From a virus: a stretch of 64,000 nt of DNA. The position numbers and the translations under genes are program-made. The stretch's first letter is position 1. Every line of letters begins with the position of its first letter. Where the stretch lies: positions 21,741 to 85,740 of the IMG/VR virus record IMGVR_UViG_3300046820_001584, one strand, 5' to 3'. Shown in pieces: positions 63,786 to 64,000 of the stretch. The notes under the pieces are model-generated. The model did not search any database and had not been told where the DNA came from. It saw only the letters and a program-made list of their open reading frames with translations.

Positions 63786-63879
63786 CATCACACAATAACT
63801 TTCTCAAATACTGAGATAGGGCTATACAAATGTCAGCCCCCAATGCTACAATACTACCTAACAAAGAAAAGAGGCAAAA

Positions 63880-64000
63880 ATGACAATAGATAATAAACTC
63901 TATCAGGTTGGCGATTTATTCACCACCCTAAAGTCAAAAAAGACAGGTGTTATCAAAGAGATACACCCACAGGCATCTGGCTCGGTGCGTGTGCTACTGG
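63880..64000 (+). CDS. small early protein (truncated by window end)
   Basis: MTIDNKLYQVGDLFTTLKSKKTGVIKEI after GAGG. Confidence 0.5.
   Translation, partial: MTIDNKLYQVGDLFTTLKSKKTGVIKEIHPQASGSVRVLL

Larger units (their letters stand above)
59157..63852 (+). promoter_or_regulatory. repeated early-type promoter cassettes: TGTCAG-N10-TAnAAT-like promoters with CRP-type boxes
   Basis: Promoters at 59211, 59476, 60680, 61340, 62135, 63254, 63831; TGTGA-N6-TCACA-type boxes at 59157, 59433, 60615, 62091, 63205, 63777. Confidence 0.8.

Noticed and set aside
1-64000. Alternative genetic code, or prophage/integration features
   Set aside because: Genes translate full length with the standard code and all three stop codons are used; no integrase, att site or host genes seen

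Overview
AT-rich 64-kb segment of a large tailed (siphovirus-type) phage genome. The host is probably an actinobacterium; this is inferred from leaderless TGnTAnAAT promoters, CRP/GlxR-type boxes, a parS site and an SLT/Rpf-like muralytic gene. The minus strand (1-53.1 kb), read in its direction of transcription, carries a class II ribonucleotide reductase, a holin, and a long block of fiber/accessory virion genes. These are followed by an FN3-(PPFF)n-Hint protein with five 2OG-Fe(II) oxygenases and a DUF6065-like gene, collagen-like and LamG proteins, portal, protease/scaffold, capsid, neck, tail tube and frameshifted chaperones. Last come a 2934-aa tape measure protein, minor tail/fiber genes, a metallophosphoesterase and a DnaB-like helicase. 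53.3-59 kb is a mixed-strand accessory region with more oxygenases, a TylF-like methyltransferase, tRNA-Ile(UAU) and parS. 59.1-64 kb is a plus-strand early-type region of tiny ORFs behind repeated composite promoter cassettes. Best candidates for new biology: (1) the Pro/Phe-repeat protein with a terminal Hint domain next to a hydroxylase cluster; (2) kinase-like and other cargo domains inside the tape measure protein; (3) host-factor sites (CRP, DnaA, ParB) in the phage DNA; (4) an EF-hand-fused holin. All family calls come from motif recognition by eye; no database searches were run.
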